A program made the position numbers and the translations under genes. A DNA stretch of 59,449 nt, the filler included, from Bipalium vagum (taxonomy: Eukaryota), in NCBI GenBank assembly GCA_037834085.1. It is 3 parts of 3 records of this genome, joined end to end, with 100 filler letters (N's around TTAATTAATTAA, not from the genome) between each part and the next. Parts side by side here need not be neighbours in the genome. Positions count along the whole stretch, not along the records: positions 1 to 18,405 come from JBBMKC010029992.1; 2 more parts are not named here. One strand, written 5' to 3'. The notes beneath the pieces are model-generated. The model made no database searches, was not told the DNA's origin, and was given only the letters and a program-made list of their open reading frames with translations. Position 1 is the stretch's first letter; each line of letters begins with the position of its first letter. Below, piece by piece: positions 1 to 12,195 of the stretch.

Positions 1-329
1 AATAATATATTTCATTAAATCCGATTAATCAAAAAAACTTTTCAAACTTGGCCCTCACCTTTTCTTAAAATTAAATTATTTATCTTTTTAAAATCAACTA
101 ACATTTATTTTAAATATTTATTTAAAAATTTAAAAATAACCGTAACATTATAATTTTTAAAAACTTTAAATTAAAAAACTTTTAATAATTGTTAATTTAG
201 GCGTGAGGTCCTCATTTAAAAAGATTCAAACAAACTAATTGTTCGAATCCCTCCTTATAACATTAAAATTAATTTTAAAAATATAGAATTTTAAATATCT
301 CTAAATAAAGACAAACCCTGAAGTTTTAA

Positions 330-330
<1 letters not shown>

Positions 331-393
<63 letters not shown>
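331..393. repeat. (TTA/ATT)n microsatellite
   Basis: About 20 perfect trinucleotide units read directly. Confidence 0.95.
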
Positions 394-464
394 GAATGCA
401 ATAATAAATAATATTTTAAATATTTTTCTACTAAATAAATATTGAAAAATAAAATTATTTTTAG

Positions 465-3400
465 TTATTGATTATCTTTTATCTGTAGTAGATCTTGGAT
501 CATATTGCAATGACTATGATATTATATGTCGGACGAAGATAGCAGAATGTACATATAGTAATATATTGAAATTCAAAATATGTTCATGTCCCAAAGATTA
601 TATAGCGGTTTATCAGAATTATTTAAAGTATTATGAATGCTGTAAGTGAAACAGTGTACATTATTATATTTATAATCTTATGAATTAGATCCGAAAATAG
701 AACGACTAACAAAATTCTGTGAACACTGTCAAAACAGCCAGGGTTCTTGCATTGATATCAATGGTGATGGGAATGAAGATTCCTGTTATTGTGGAAAATG
801 GAGGTCGATATCAAATCTGGAAGATGCAGAATATTCCCAACCAGTTTGTCGAGATGATTTACGTTAGCAGATTGTTTTTATAAAGAGTAAAGACCGTACA
901 CAATTATTAACATTATCCAATTTAAAGCAACTTAAAATATAAAAAACTGGTGAATTTTGTCAAGTAAATATATCATTAGTTTTACATTAATTACCAAAAA
1001 CCTAATTGGATAATGAATATTGTTAATAATGATTTTTGATTTTGTTAATTAACACTAAATTACAAGGTATATTAATAAAAACAATAATTCCGGAAATAAC
1101 AAGAACTAATGAAAATAGCAATATAATTATTGTTTTATGTTAATTACTGTAATTTAAAATTCAGTTTATACAAAAATAAAGATAAATCAAAATAATTAAA
1201 GAACTCATTAAAATATTTTGTAACAATAATAAGTAATAAAAACAATTAACAATACAATAATCTAAGAAAAATATATTTTTAAGAATACCATAAAATAGGA
1301 CAGATGAAAAATAACAAAAGCTCTTATTTTAATCTTTTTTGATCAATCCTATTTCACATGAAGTAATCAAGAAGTTTTGGAAATGTCGAAAAAGAAATTC
1401 GTTCAAATAACCTTAATTTTTAAAATGACACCTCAACCACAGATTGTGGCTTTTTTCTTGTTTGTATGAATAAATCAATGAATCATCACCAATGATAAAT
1501 GGCTCGATTTTCCTGTTTAGTATATATTAGATTATGTAGTATTCACTGTAAACAGAGATTTGTCCACCTACGTCATAATGAATAATGATTGAATTTCATA
1601 GCATGTTGTTCGACGATCTTAAAGAAAATTTATCAAATTTATCAAATTTTGATCAACAAAAGGCGAGGGACGCTATATTTTTTATTCATTGTACAGAGAT
1701 AGGAAAATATTTAAGCTCTTTAAATCACAAATAACCTGTATGTTTGATGGTGTCTTATCACCAAATAGCAATCTTAAAGGATTCAATTAATTTCCCTATC
1801 ATAATTTATAGCAGAACTCAGAAAATGATTATTTATCTTGCTTTTTCTGCTAGATTTATATTTCATCATGTATATTTTGTTTAGACTGAAATGATTGTTT
1901 TTTGATCTGACAAATGTTTTTCTCCAACAATTGTAAATTCGAATGGTTTTCTCAATAGCACTTTCTCGTTTTCATTACCTGAAGTATAATATTATATTAT
2001 ATATTATATTTTATAACATTTTCAAAAAAACTTACTAAAAATATTAAGATGTTCTCATTAGTGAAAGTAATATGGGTCTCAGAATTTCAACGATGTATCG
2101 AAGAACATTCAAATTACCACTGATAAATGTGATAACTGAAATCTAAAATATCTGGCATCACATATCTTAATTACAGATTTAATTCCCCTGTCATATGTAA
2201 ACATCAATCCAATATTTGCACGATAATGTCTCGTCCTCAAGCGTCTATTACTTTGTCATAAACATAATTTTGATTCATAACTAAAGATTATGCGATTCTA
2301 TTCCTAATTCCTGTGTTGTCTTTCTTGTTGATACCAACGAAGTCCCATAGTTTTATGGTATAATAGGAATGGTAAACATCGTTTTTTACGGTCTTAGCAA
2401 AGATCAATACTACTAAATCTTTGATGTGCAGTACTGATGAGATCTCTTATTCTGAGGTTTATTTTCCAATTTATTTCAATTTTGTGGTTGGCATAAATCT
2501 GTTTCTAACTTAGAGAAAAAGGTGTCTAACTTTTAGTTCATTTGTGTTTTGATGTTATCTGCTGCTAATGCGACGGCCCATGAAGTAGTAGAGTGATTTC
2601 TTCCCAAATTTCATACTACTCGACCTCTTTTAAAGTCAGATAGTTGAATGAAATGATTTTTTATTCCAGACGTATTGTCAAATGTAATATTATGCGTACA
2701 CTTATCATTCATGAATTATTTACTTACCTAATTAAATGAGACACATACAAAAAACTGATCAAATTTGATTGATTAACAGATGCGATAATTCAGATTCAAA
2801 ATAATAAGTGGTGCGTTTTTTTAAAAACTGAATAGATATTTACTACATTATTATCATATTATTATATATCCTATAATTATATTATATGTTTTGTGTTGAT
2901 ATTTTTCAGTTATCATCAAATGTTCGTCCGTTCACCTGGAAGTTTGCATCAACAACGATAAATATAATGCAAAGCAAAAGTCAACTATTAATGAATACGT
3001 TACAGGAATTTTCCATATCAATTTAGCGAAGAAACCCTCAAACTTTTGTGCTGTAACCGGAGTGAAGAAGTCGAAATTTTCCACTTGTTTTCAAATGAGT
3101 AAATCCATTCAGTCAAAATCATTTGAAAGTAATTGTTCTACAATTACATTTGGTCATGATGTAAGTTTTGCTAAATTAAAACAAATTAATTAACTAATTA
3201 AAATTTGATCTTCATTTTTCTTTTAATCAATAAAATTAATTAACATTTTTACAATATGATTAAAATCTTTCATTTCAGATATCTAATTAAATTAATTAAC
3301 TAATAATTTTAATCTTGTTGAAAAGGAGGCATGTAAATGATATATTTTTGTTTTAGATATTTTATTTTTAAATTATAAGAAAAAAATATCTTGTTTTGAC

Positions 3401-6400
3401 CATTTTTAATATAAATTTAGTATTGATTTTATTATTCAATCCGTCTCTGTGTTTTCTCAAACATGACATATGTTATTAGAGAAACCCTAATAAAACGAGC
3501 TTAAGGCACAAAAAATCTAATATAACATATTTTTCGAAAAAGTATATTAAAATAATTTTAAAAAAAGATTAAAATTGATTTAAAGTTTTATCTCTAAAAA
3601 ATAATTTCAAATCCGAAATGAGAATAACAGAATGAGAAAATAAAAAAGAAAAGATTTTAAAAGTTTGAAATAATAAATTTATGTTTAAATGGTTAATTTT
3701 TATTATTATTTAATAAGGAAACCTTTTAAATACCTTGTGCAAGTAGACGGTTTAAATAACTTAGGTCGGCAATACCGGACTCAAAAATGAATACGATTCT
3801 AAATGCGTATCAAAAATTGTTAATATTAAGTTGAAATCAATTATGGAAGCAGATTCAGGGAAAAACATTGGGAGTTTTAAACAGCATAAACATGGATCAT
3901 ACAACAGATTTTTGAAATTTGAAAAAAATAGGAAAGGTTAAAAAGCTGAACAAAATGAAGAGATGATTTTATTGAAAATCAAAGAAATCACATTATGAAG
4001 TCAATTCTAGTCTTCTACACACATACTATTCGAAATGGATGCTGTACGATAACCATCGACGATATGCTTGGATTCTTATGATTCCTACATAATTTTCAAT
4101 ACTAATGTCACACTCGAAAAAGATTATTATGACTATTTCAATTCCAGTGACACCATTAATGTCAATAAGTATGTCCAAGAAATAAATGTAATGCACGAAA
4201 ATTTAGACATCAACAGTCAGTGTTTGTCAATCGAAAAATCTCACGAGCCTATATAGCAAACATCACTCGGAAAAAATCTTATTTCCCTGACTTTGAAGCA
4301 CTTTATCATATTGACTCAACAAACCTAACGGCAAAGTTTTTTTCTTTTTTTCAAGCAACTATTTATATTTATGCTTGAGGAAAGTTTCAAAATTAAAAAG
4401 GATGTAAAATTGTTTGAGTTTTATTAATGTGCTTATTTTCCATTGGCAGAAGTGTCTGGATTCCAAAAGATTATATTTTGATTAATAAAGTTTTCTTTGA
4501 ACTGATTTCTTGAATTTAAAGTATTTTTGAACCAAAATAATATTTAAATTTTTGATTAAATCCAAATATTTTTCCTCGTGCTCTATCACAATGAATTAAT
4601 ATTTATATAAAAATTAGTACAGTGCGACACAAATTTGTTTACGCACTCAAAGAAATCAGTCAAATTAAATTTTTTTAAATGGTGATTTATATTTTATTAT
4701 GGGTTTAATATAAATACTATATCTGAGTACAATATTCAAAAAAAATTACAGGTAATTTATTAAGTGAAATCAAATTAAATACAGTTTTGTTAAAATAGTC
4801 CAATTTATATTGAGACATATTTATCTATTTATTATTGACCAACTTACCCTCCTATAATCAGACAAAGTTGCAAATTTTATTGGTGCGTAAATAAAATTGT
4901 GTCGCACTGTATATTAGACTAGTTAAAATGTTTGCAGCCTGACAAAGAAAAAGCACCTTTTAATGTATAAAAATAATTTTATTATTCAAAAACACATACC
5001 TTAAGATCAATATAGTTTTCCAAAGACTCAAAAACTGGAAAATTACATAATTTTTTTTCTTTCGGAGTGGATTACGGTGAATTCAGGTCTTCTCATCGAA
5101 CAAGGCCAACAAATGTATGTTTTATCTTTAATAGAATTAGTCAGGTTTTATCTATTAATAATACCATAAGCAAACATCTGTGTAATCTCTCTTGTATTGT
5201 TGGAGTTTCCGCAGCTGTTTTTAACTCAAACAGGTTTTATTCTTTTTTTCTTTGAAAATTTCCTTCGATTCTCCCCTCTTTCCTTTATTTATAACTGATT
5301 TACAAAAACATAGATCCATTAAGTTCAACAAACATGAGGGTTAAGAAGACAGACATTTTTTTATCATTCATTACAATTTTTAGATTATGAATTTCTGGGT
5401 CTTAAGTTTGGGACAGAACTCATGACAAGACCGTAATTATTTATTTTATTAATCTGCATTGAGAAAATTTTATTATTGTTACTTAAATTGAAGACAAATA
5501 AATAAATAAATGTATTATCCACCATTTTATATTAATGTATTAAATGGAGAAATTGAATTTTCTTTAATTTTTTTAATGATAAACTCTGACAATCTTGACA
5601 TGAGACCATTCATGAGAAATGTTGTCCAACTGAATGAAAAATAAATAACATTAAGCCATACGAACCATATCCATTATTAATTAAAAATAATGTTTAGTGA
5701 GACTGTTACATTTAATAAAAATGATTGTTTTAAATTAAAAAGGGATAAATGTATTTATTTTATAATATTATTTTATAATTATCAGATCATCCAATAAAAA
5801 GTGTTACTTTCTATTAGTTCTTATTAAGAAAATTATTATAAACTACATTATTCTTTATAATAAAAATGCTACTATATCTTCCTGGTTCACATTCATTGTT
5901 CTTCGGTTTACCCTTTTTGACAAATACCTTTCAAAGTTGTTTAGATCTTTTCTAGTTCTTTCAAATTATTTCTCATCAAGATTATTCTACTTTTTTATTG
6001 TAATATTTCTTTTAAAGGAAGCATGTGTGATTGGAAAGTAATGAAATTCAAACATTGGTTACCTGAAAACAATTATATAACTTTATCTTTTATCAAGATG
6101 AAGGTCAAATGTTACGAACATAATCTCCCTGCTGAATTAGCTGAATGAAAAGACATCGTCGATCAAAGTTCAGCTTTTAAAGATTGCAAAATTTGGTGAA
6201 AACATACTCTGACAAGACAATATTTTCGCCAATGTAGTGTAGTAAAATCAACAAATCGGTCTAATTATTCCAAATCAGAAAAAATTATCAAAAACTAATG
6301 AAAAGAAAAATTTTTTCTAAAACTCAGTAAAATGAAATTCAATTAAGGTGCAAAACCTTATGAAAATTGTTGTCATATTGTACCACAGTTTGGTTAATTG

Positions 6401-9285
6401 ATGATGAGAAGAACTTTATGTTTTCAAATAATCCCTTATCCGGGGAAATGTTAATTGATATAGTTCCATTACAGAAAAAAGTCTGCCCCAGATAAAAGTT
6501 GTTGAAACAAAGAAGTTTCGGTAGAAATAAATTGTCTGTTTGACTATCTTGAGACCTAGTACTTCAAAACCATTAATTTCTGAAACCAAGACCTATCAAT
6601 GCCGAAACGTATATTAATCATTATTTAAATAATTCTAGCCAGCGCTCATTACTATAAACACTGATTTTTTGGTTTGAGAAAGAATGTTTCATAGGTACCA
6701 AGCTCGTGCGACTCTCCCAACTTCTCTGAAGAAAGCCCAATTGAAGTATTTTTTATAATATTAGCGCTAAATTTACCAAAGATGATGGGAATCAAAATTG
6801 TTTCATTATTAAAGCGCAGAATCAAATTGAAGCTCAAGCAAATTAAGAATTATTTCATTGAAAGTATGATGAGCAGAATCAACATAATGTTTGATAAAAT
6901 TAGGTAAATTGTACCGCTTTCAATTTTGGAACCCATTTGTTTTTTTTATTATTTATTATTATTTATTTTGTTAAAATAAAAATTTTGATTTTACAAATTT
7001 TTCATTATTACTTTTCGATCACCCTTTGATGTTCTTTTAAGGCTGCTAAACACTTGTCAATAAAAGAAATAACATAATTAAATAAACATACAAGTAGAGC
7101 GAAAGATTATGTATTGATTAGCTATTGATTGTTAGTTATTGATTATTAATCATCAATTGGCACAATTATAATTTTATTTTAGCAATTTTGAATTTTAAAA
7201 ACCCGCACAAAATTAACCGCCGACAACCCAATAACATGAAAATTATTATGCAAATCGAGATTAAATATTATTGGAAGACACTGACAAGATACTCTTCAAC
7301 TTTCTCAAATATATATTATATTTTTACATATTTATGAATGTTTTTCTCCAAAATAATTGTTAAAGAGACGAAATAATCTACTTTTTAAACATGAATTATG
7401 TAAAAAATTGAAACTGGAAAAAAACTTCAATTATTTTTTATTTTAAAATTCGACATTCATTTTCTGAAAATAAAATTAATATTTTATATATATAATTATG
7501 ATTAATGAAATGTTACCTTTGTATTATTTTATAGAACAGCGTTTACTACAATGCATTTTTATTGATTCCAAAGGACAGATTTATCTTTGATCCCATTAAC
7601 GACTTTAATTACGATATATCTTGTAAAGCAGACTTCAAAAGGGGCAACCCGTCTTTCGGCCAAATAACTGACAAGTATGCTTTTTATACAATTAGATTTA
7701 TATTGAAATATCCAATGAATTTATGTTTATTTACCAATAAGGTCTTTGAATATCTTCAAGGTTTATTCAAAGATTATAGTTTTTAGCAACAAAACAAAGA
7801 AAATTTCAAAAGTAAGATCGAATCCTTCTACTTTGAAATTTTAAACCGTTTTTAAACATTTCTAAGATCATTATCCTTGTTTATTAAAATTCAATAAACT
7901 TAAATATTGATTAAAATATATTTATCGATATACTTTTTATTATATTTTATTATTATTATACATAAGTATTACACTATACATTGTATTATATATTAGAATA
8001 TAATATATACTTATATTATATTATATTCATAACAAAAATCTATGCGGGTCACTATGTTTAATGCAAACCTCATAAGACATAACCGAGATCTAGTTTGGTT
8101 AGCAGAAAAGGGGTTATTCTTCAGCGTGATAATACTAAACTCTGTATTAAAAGTGACACCAGAGAAGTAAAGTGAACTGTATTATGAAGTTTTATCACAT
8201 CCACCATATGGCCCAGTCATCGCAGCTACAGATTATCACTTTTTCCGCAAAATGGCTCACTTTCTTAAAGTAAATAATTATGAAAACATGGACGACCTAA
8301 GAAATGATTTACAAAAGTTTTTTATAACAAAAAACTACTGAATTATTTTCCAGTGCACTCATTCTTTGGTAGATTGATGGCAGAGAGTGATTGACACTGA
8401 TGGAGAATATTTAATCAATTAATGTTTGTATGTTGATAATAAAATTTATTTTGAAGATTTGTTCATTAGGGGTTCATAATTAAATTAGGAAAATAATATA
8501 TATGATATGATATTATATATAGTTTTAGTTAAACTTTTTTATTTTAATTCATAAATCAAAGGGTAAATATAATTTTCATAATTTCTGAGAATAAAATTTA
8601 ATAAATATTAAGTTTGTTCCACCAAAGCATTTGTTTTATAGATGCTTTTTATCAGTTATGTTCTTTATTCTAAGTTCAAAATGATTCCTGTAAATTACAT
8701 TGCATCATCATCGTTATAAAACTAAACAGATTCATTGAAAAATAAAATTTATAAAAATTTTTTATTCTTTCATAATATTTTGTTTTCTTTTGAATATCCC
8801 CTGAAAAAATGAACCACCTTGGTCGATCAACAATGTGGAGAGTTCTTGAAGAACGTAACCCGATCGTTATATCTAATTAATAATGACTACCTAATCAAGC
8901 TCATTTTTAATGTCTCATATTAATTGCCATATAATGGATTTAGTACGAGACCTAAGACAATTTTCTGAAATTGAAATTTGATATTTCAAATAAAAATGCT
9001 TTCTCAAAAACAATAAACAATCCTCGCATTAGAGCAAAGGAAAAAGGAAGAAGATTTAGACATAAAACAACTGACAACCACAATTTCATTTATTTTGTAG
9101 AATTCAAAGTAAACTGATCTCAGGTATCAGATTGGGTATTATTTGAAAAGGAATTAAACATTTATTGTTTTCATGAAGACTCACCCTTTTTCTGATGATA
9201 AATTTTTCATGTTGTTTTTTCTTTAGAATTCTTCAGTTCTGACATCTACAACAGAAACATGGTCTTGAATATATTGCATAAAAAT
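465..9285 (+). CDS. Multi-exon Cys-rich/EGF-like + ZP-N-like extracellular protein (5' end not seen). Exons 465-641, 689-862, 2910-3160, 7535-7674, probably 9101-9123 and 9227-9285
   Basis: Manual splicing at GT-AG sites with consistent phases (1,1,0,2,1) gives an open frame: LGSYCNDYDIICRTKIAEC..CSCPKDY..YEC / FCEHCQNSQGSCIDINGDGNEDSCYCG..PVCRDD / LIIKCSSVHLEVCI..FCAV..NCSTITFGHD / NSVYYNAFLLIPKDRFIFDPINDFNYDISCKADF. The Cys spacing and the YxN...(Y/F)xIxC pattern resemble ZP-N. Confidence 0.65.
1400..1780 (-). mobile_element. Degenerate mariner fragment
   Basis: Minus-strand translation gives LFGDKTPS and IIGDDSLIYSYKQE (cf. mariner VTGDESWIYxYDPE), with stops. Boundaries approximate. Confidence 0.5.
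2045..2680 (-). mobile_element. Degenerate Tc1-like transposase relic
   Basis: N-terminal QLSDFKRGRVV and catalytic-region FISGNLNVLRYIVEILRPILL, with frameshifts and stops. Confidence 0.65.
4620..4909. mobile_element. 290-bp Tc1-type MITE
   Basis: 27-bp TIRs CAGTGCGACACAAATTTGTTTACGCAC (2 mismatches), TA on both flanks. Confidence 0.9.
8040..8490 (+). mobile_element. Mariner 3' fragment
   Basis: YEVLSHPPYGPVIAATDYHFFR (YSPDLAPxD motif) and terminal WQRVIDTDGEYLIN*. Confidence 0.8.
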
Positions 9286-9449
9286 GTTAAATTCGTTTTT
9301 TAAGATATACATAATGATTGAAGATAAATGATGATCGGAAAGAATTTTTTGATCTACTTATATCAAATTAAGCTGGCCGGAAAATAATTTCCTATTATGA
9401 CATTCATCTTTAACCTTTTATGATTTAAGTCTAAATAAATTTATTAGTC

Positions 9450-9720
9450 ATTATTTTGAGTTTGCACCAACGGAAAACGAGTTTATTTATTCCAATTTCA
9501 TAGAATTCTGATATTATGGATTTGATAAATTTAAAGAAAGGATTTTCAGTAGCACCTTGGTTACCGAAGATTTTATAAATAATAATCGGTAGACATAAAA
9601 TTCGGAAAGTATGAAGGATTAACTGTCCCTAGTCGAATTCACCATTAATATTTTAACTGATCTCTGCGGCCCTATTACTTTTCTTGAATTCATGAATATA
9701 AATCGATATTAGGTGTATTT
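9450..9720 (-). mobile_element. Mariner 5' fragment
   Basis: Minus strand reads HEFKKSNRAAEIS..NINGEF..GTV, resembling the mariner N-terminal HTH. Boundaries approximate. Confidence 0.45.
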
Positions 9721-10059
9721 TATCTATATTTGAATTTGTCATAAAAATTTATACTTAAACGAATGTCATACTCTTGTAAAACAGTTATTTATATACTATC
9801 AATATTATATTTTTTATTTCATTTAAAAAACTTCATTTGAGCATAATTTGTTTGAGTTTACAGTTGAATGTCAAAATCAGAAATATAACTAATCTTGATA
9901 TAATTTTAAAATAAAATAATTTTCCGACCACTATAATAGTAATTATATGAATTGCTTTAGAGTTATAATAAGAAATATAATTAACTTACTAAAAGTATGA
10001 AACCACTAAAAATACATAAACCATTAATACTTTATTGAATAATATCTTGTTTAAAAATA

Positions 10060-11895
10060 TTCGGTGTAACAGTTAATTCTGCGGAATTTTTTATAAATAC
10101 AAAGTGCATTTATTTTAATGACACAACACATAATTATATTATACATATTTCTCATCGTTAACAATAACAATTGTCCAAATTTCTGGTAACTTGTGAATGC
10201 CATTGTAAAAGAAATTGTATCCAATTCATTGAGCCAAAATATTAGGTTGGTGCAAAAATAATGTCGTTCATTTGGCAAGTCAATAATTTCATTCATTTTA
10301 ATAAATGTTTTGTTTGAATATTCAATATATTTTGATAAATTTTTGAAAGTAAAATTTTTAAAAAGTAAATTTTATTATAAATTACATAAAATATTTCTTA
10401 ATTATCCTTTTTAGGCGATTTAACCGAATATGGAAAAATATCAATATCGCACCATTTTTTGTACGAATACAAATTGGCACAAATGCTACCGAAACGGCTG
10501 GCTACATTTGGTCTTGCAACTATCAATCAGTGTATGGTACAACGTTGGCTTAAACGGTTTTGTCAGGGAGATGATACCCTTGAAGATGAGGATGGTTGCG
10601 GTCGTTCACGTAAACTTGACAATGTTAAATTAAAGAAGATAATCGAAGCTGATTCATCAAAATTCACAAGGGAACTTGGAGCCTCCAAGAACAAAGACTT
10701 TTATTCCACAGGCATAAATAAGCTCATCACTCGTTGGCAGGAATGTATTGACTCGCATACAAATTATTTTGATTAATAAAGTTTATTTTCCATTGAGTTA
10801 TGACGTTTTCACTTTTATAGCTGTTAAAGGACATTATTTTTGCACCAACCTAATATGATTTGCGAAATAATATTTGCAAAAGCGCCGTTACGACAGTCTA
10901 TGTGTCATCGATCTGAATAAATGGAAATCAGATGGCGCCATGTCTGGCAAATATGGCGGATAACGTAAGACTTCCCATTCAAGTTCTTAACACGTATCCT
11001 GGACTGAATTTACTACATAAGATCAAGCATTATCATGTAACAGAATAACTTTCCCATGTATCTTGTCCCATTCCGGTCGTTTCTGCTTCAAGTTTAAAAT
11101 GATTGGCGTTGACCGTTACACCATTGTTTAATAACTCCTAGAAAACGATACATTTCTGGTCCCATCAGATGCACAACAAAGACTTCTTCGAATGAATATT
11201 TTGCTTGACAGTCAAAGTTGATGGTTGGGTTAGATCAACCAAGGATTTCTTGCGTTTTAGATTATCGAAATAAATCAATTTTTAATGACTTGTATCAATA
11301 CGCTGCAGAAACGACTTTCTCCGGTAATTTTTTATTAAAATTTCAGAGGTTGCTTTTCATTTTTTCATATTCCTTTCATTGAATTCATGAGGCATTCATT
11401 TTCCTTAGACTTGAATTTTTCTCATACCGTGTAGTCAATTGGAAATGACCTGTTGATACACATCAAGTTTGGTAACAAGTTATTTTTTGGTTTGCGTATT
11501 ATCCTCGGCTAATATGTCTCCTAATTCTGCACCTTTAATTATTTTTCCTTGATCTGGGCGATCCCTATCTTTGAGATCATGATCGTTGGTTCTGAATCGG
11601 TTAAACCAACGTTCACAAATTTCTACCGATGGAACATGATCGCCATAAGCTTCTCGAAATAGGATACAGCTATTGCAGCGGTTTTCTTTAAATCGAATAA
11701 TAACAGCATAGAATACCGCAAATGTTCTTTCGTTGGCTCATATTTTGACATCTAGATTATTAAATATTTTGAAATTTGAAAATGTTTTGACAATTTAAAT
11801 TTTACCTTTAGAAACCTTGATTAATAAAATGATAAAATCATTTTAAAAAAATAAAATCATTTTAAAATCATTTAAGAATTAACTGCTATACCTAA
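10060..11895 (-). mobile_element. Full-length degenerate Mos1/mauritiana-like mariner, interrupted by a nested mariner
   Basis: TIRs TTCGGTGTAACAGTTAATTCT / TTAGGTATAGCAGTTAATTCT with TA flanks. ATG at 11751 starts MSKYEPTKEHLRYSMLLLFDLKKTAA..CERWFNRF. WEVLRYPPYLPDMAPSDFHLFRSM follows, and the C-terminus FYNGIHKLPEIW resumes left of 10240. Confidence 0.85.
10242..10853 (+). mobile_element. Internally deleted Hsmar1/cecropia-like mariner
   Basis: TIRs TTAGGTTGGTGCAAAAATAATGTC with TA TSD. The ORF joins the N-terminus (YEYKL..VQRWLKRF..LEDEDGCGRS) directly to the C-terminus (FYSTGINKLITRWQECID). Confidence 0.9.
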
Positions 11896-12195
11896 TAAAA
11901 GAACAAGTTCGATATAATTTTTTAATTAAATAAATAAAAAAATAAAAATAAAAAATATTATCCGATAAAAAAATCGATAACTTAAATTGTAGTTTTGTAT
12001 TATCTGAAAAAAATATAATTAATATATAAATAATTTTTGAAAGTTGCTCAATTTTAACATATCTTGCTTTCAAAAAAACATTTTTTCATATTTAAGCATG
12101 TATTAGGGTTCAGCTTTAAGTTATAAAACTTATTTCAAACATAAATTCCTAAATAAAACAAAATATTTTGGTCATTATTTCTTACATCTTTTCAG

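Noticed and set aside
1884-1979. Possible minus-strand terminal exon (NENEKVLLRKPFEF..)
   Set aside because: The apparent upstream donor lies at the edge of a Tc1 relic, and there is no similarity to the BIG C-terminus that I can recognise.
4068-4256. 62-aa ORF as a gene or extra ZP exon
   Set aside because: Non-ATG start, no motif, and not needed for the phase-0 splice 3160->7535.
6575-6615. Hammerhead ribozyme / Penelope-like end (CTGA..GCCGAAACG)
   Set aside because: The CUGANGA core is incomplete and the helices cannot be built.
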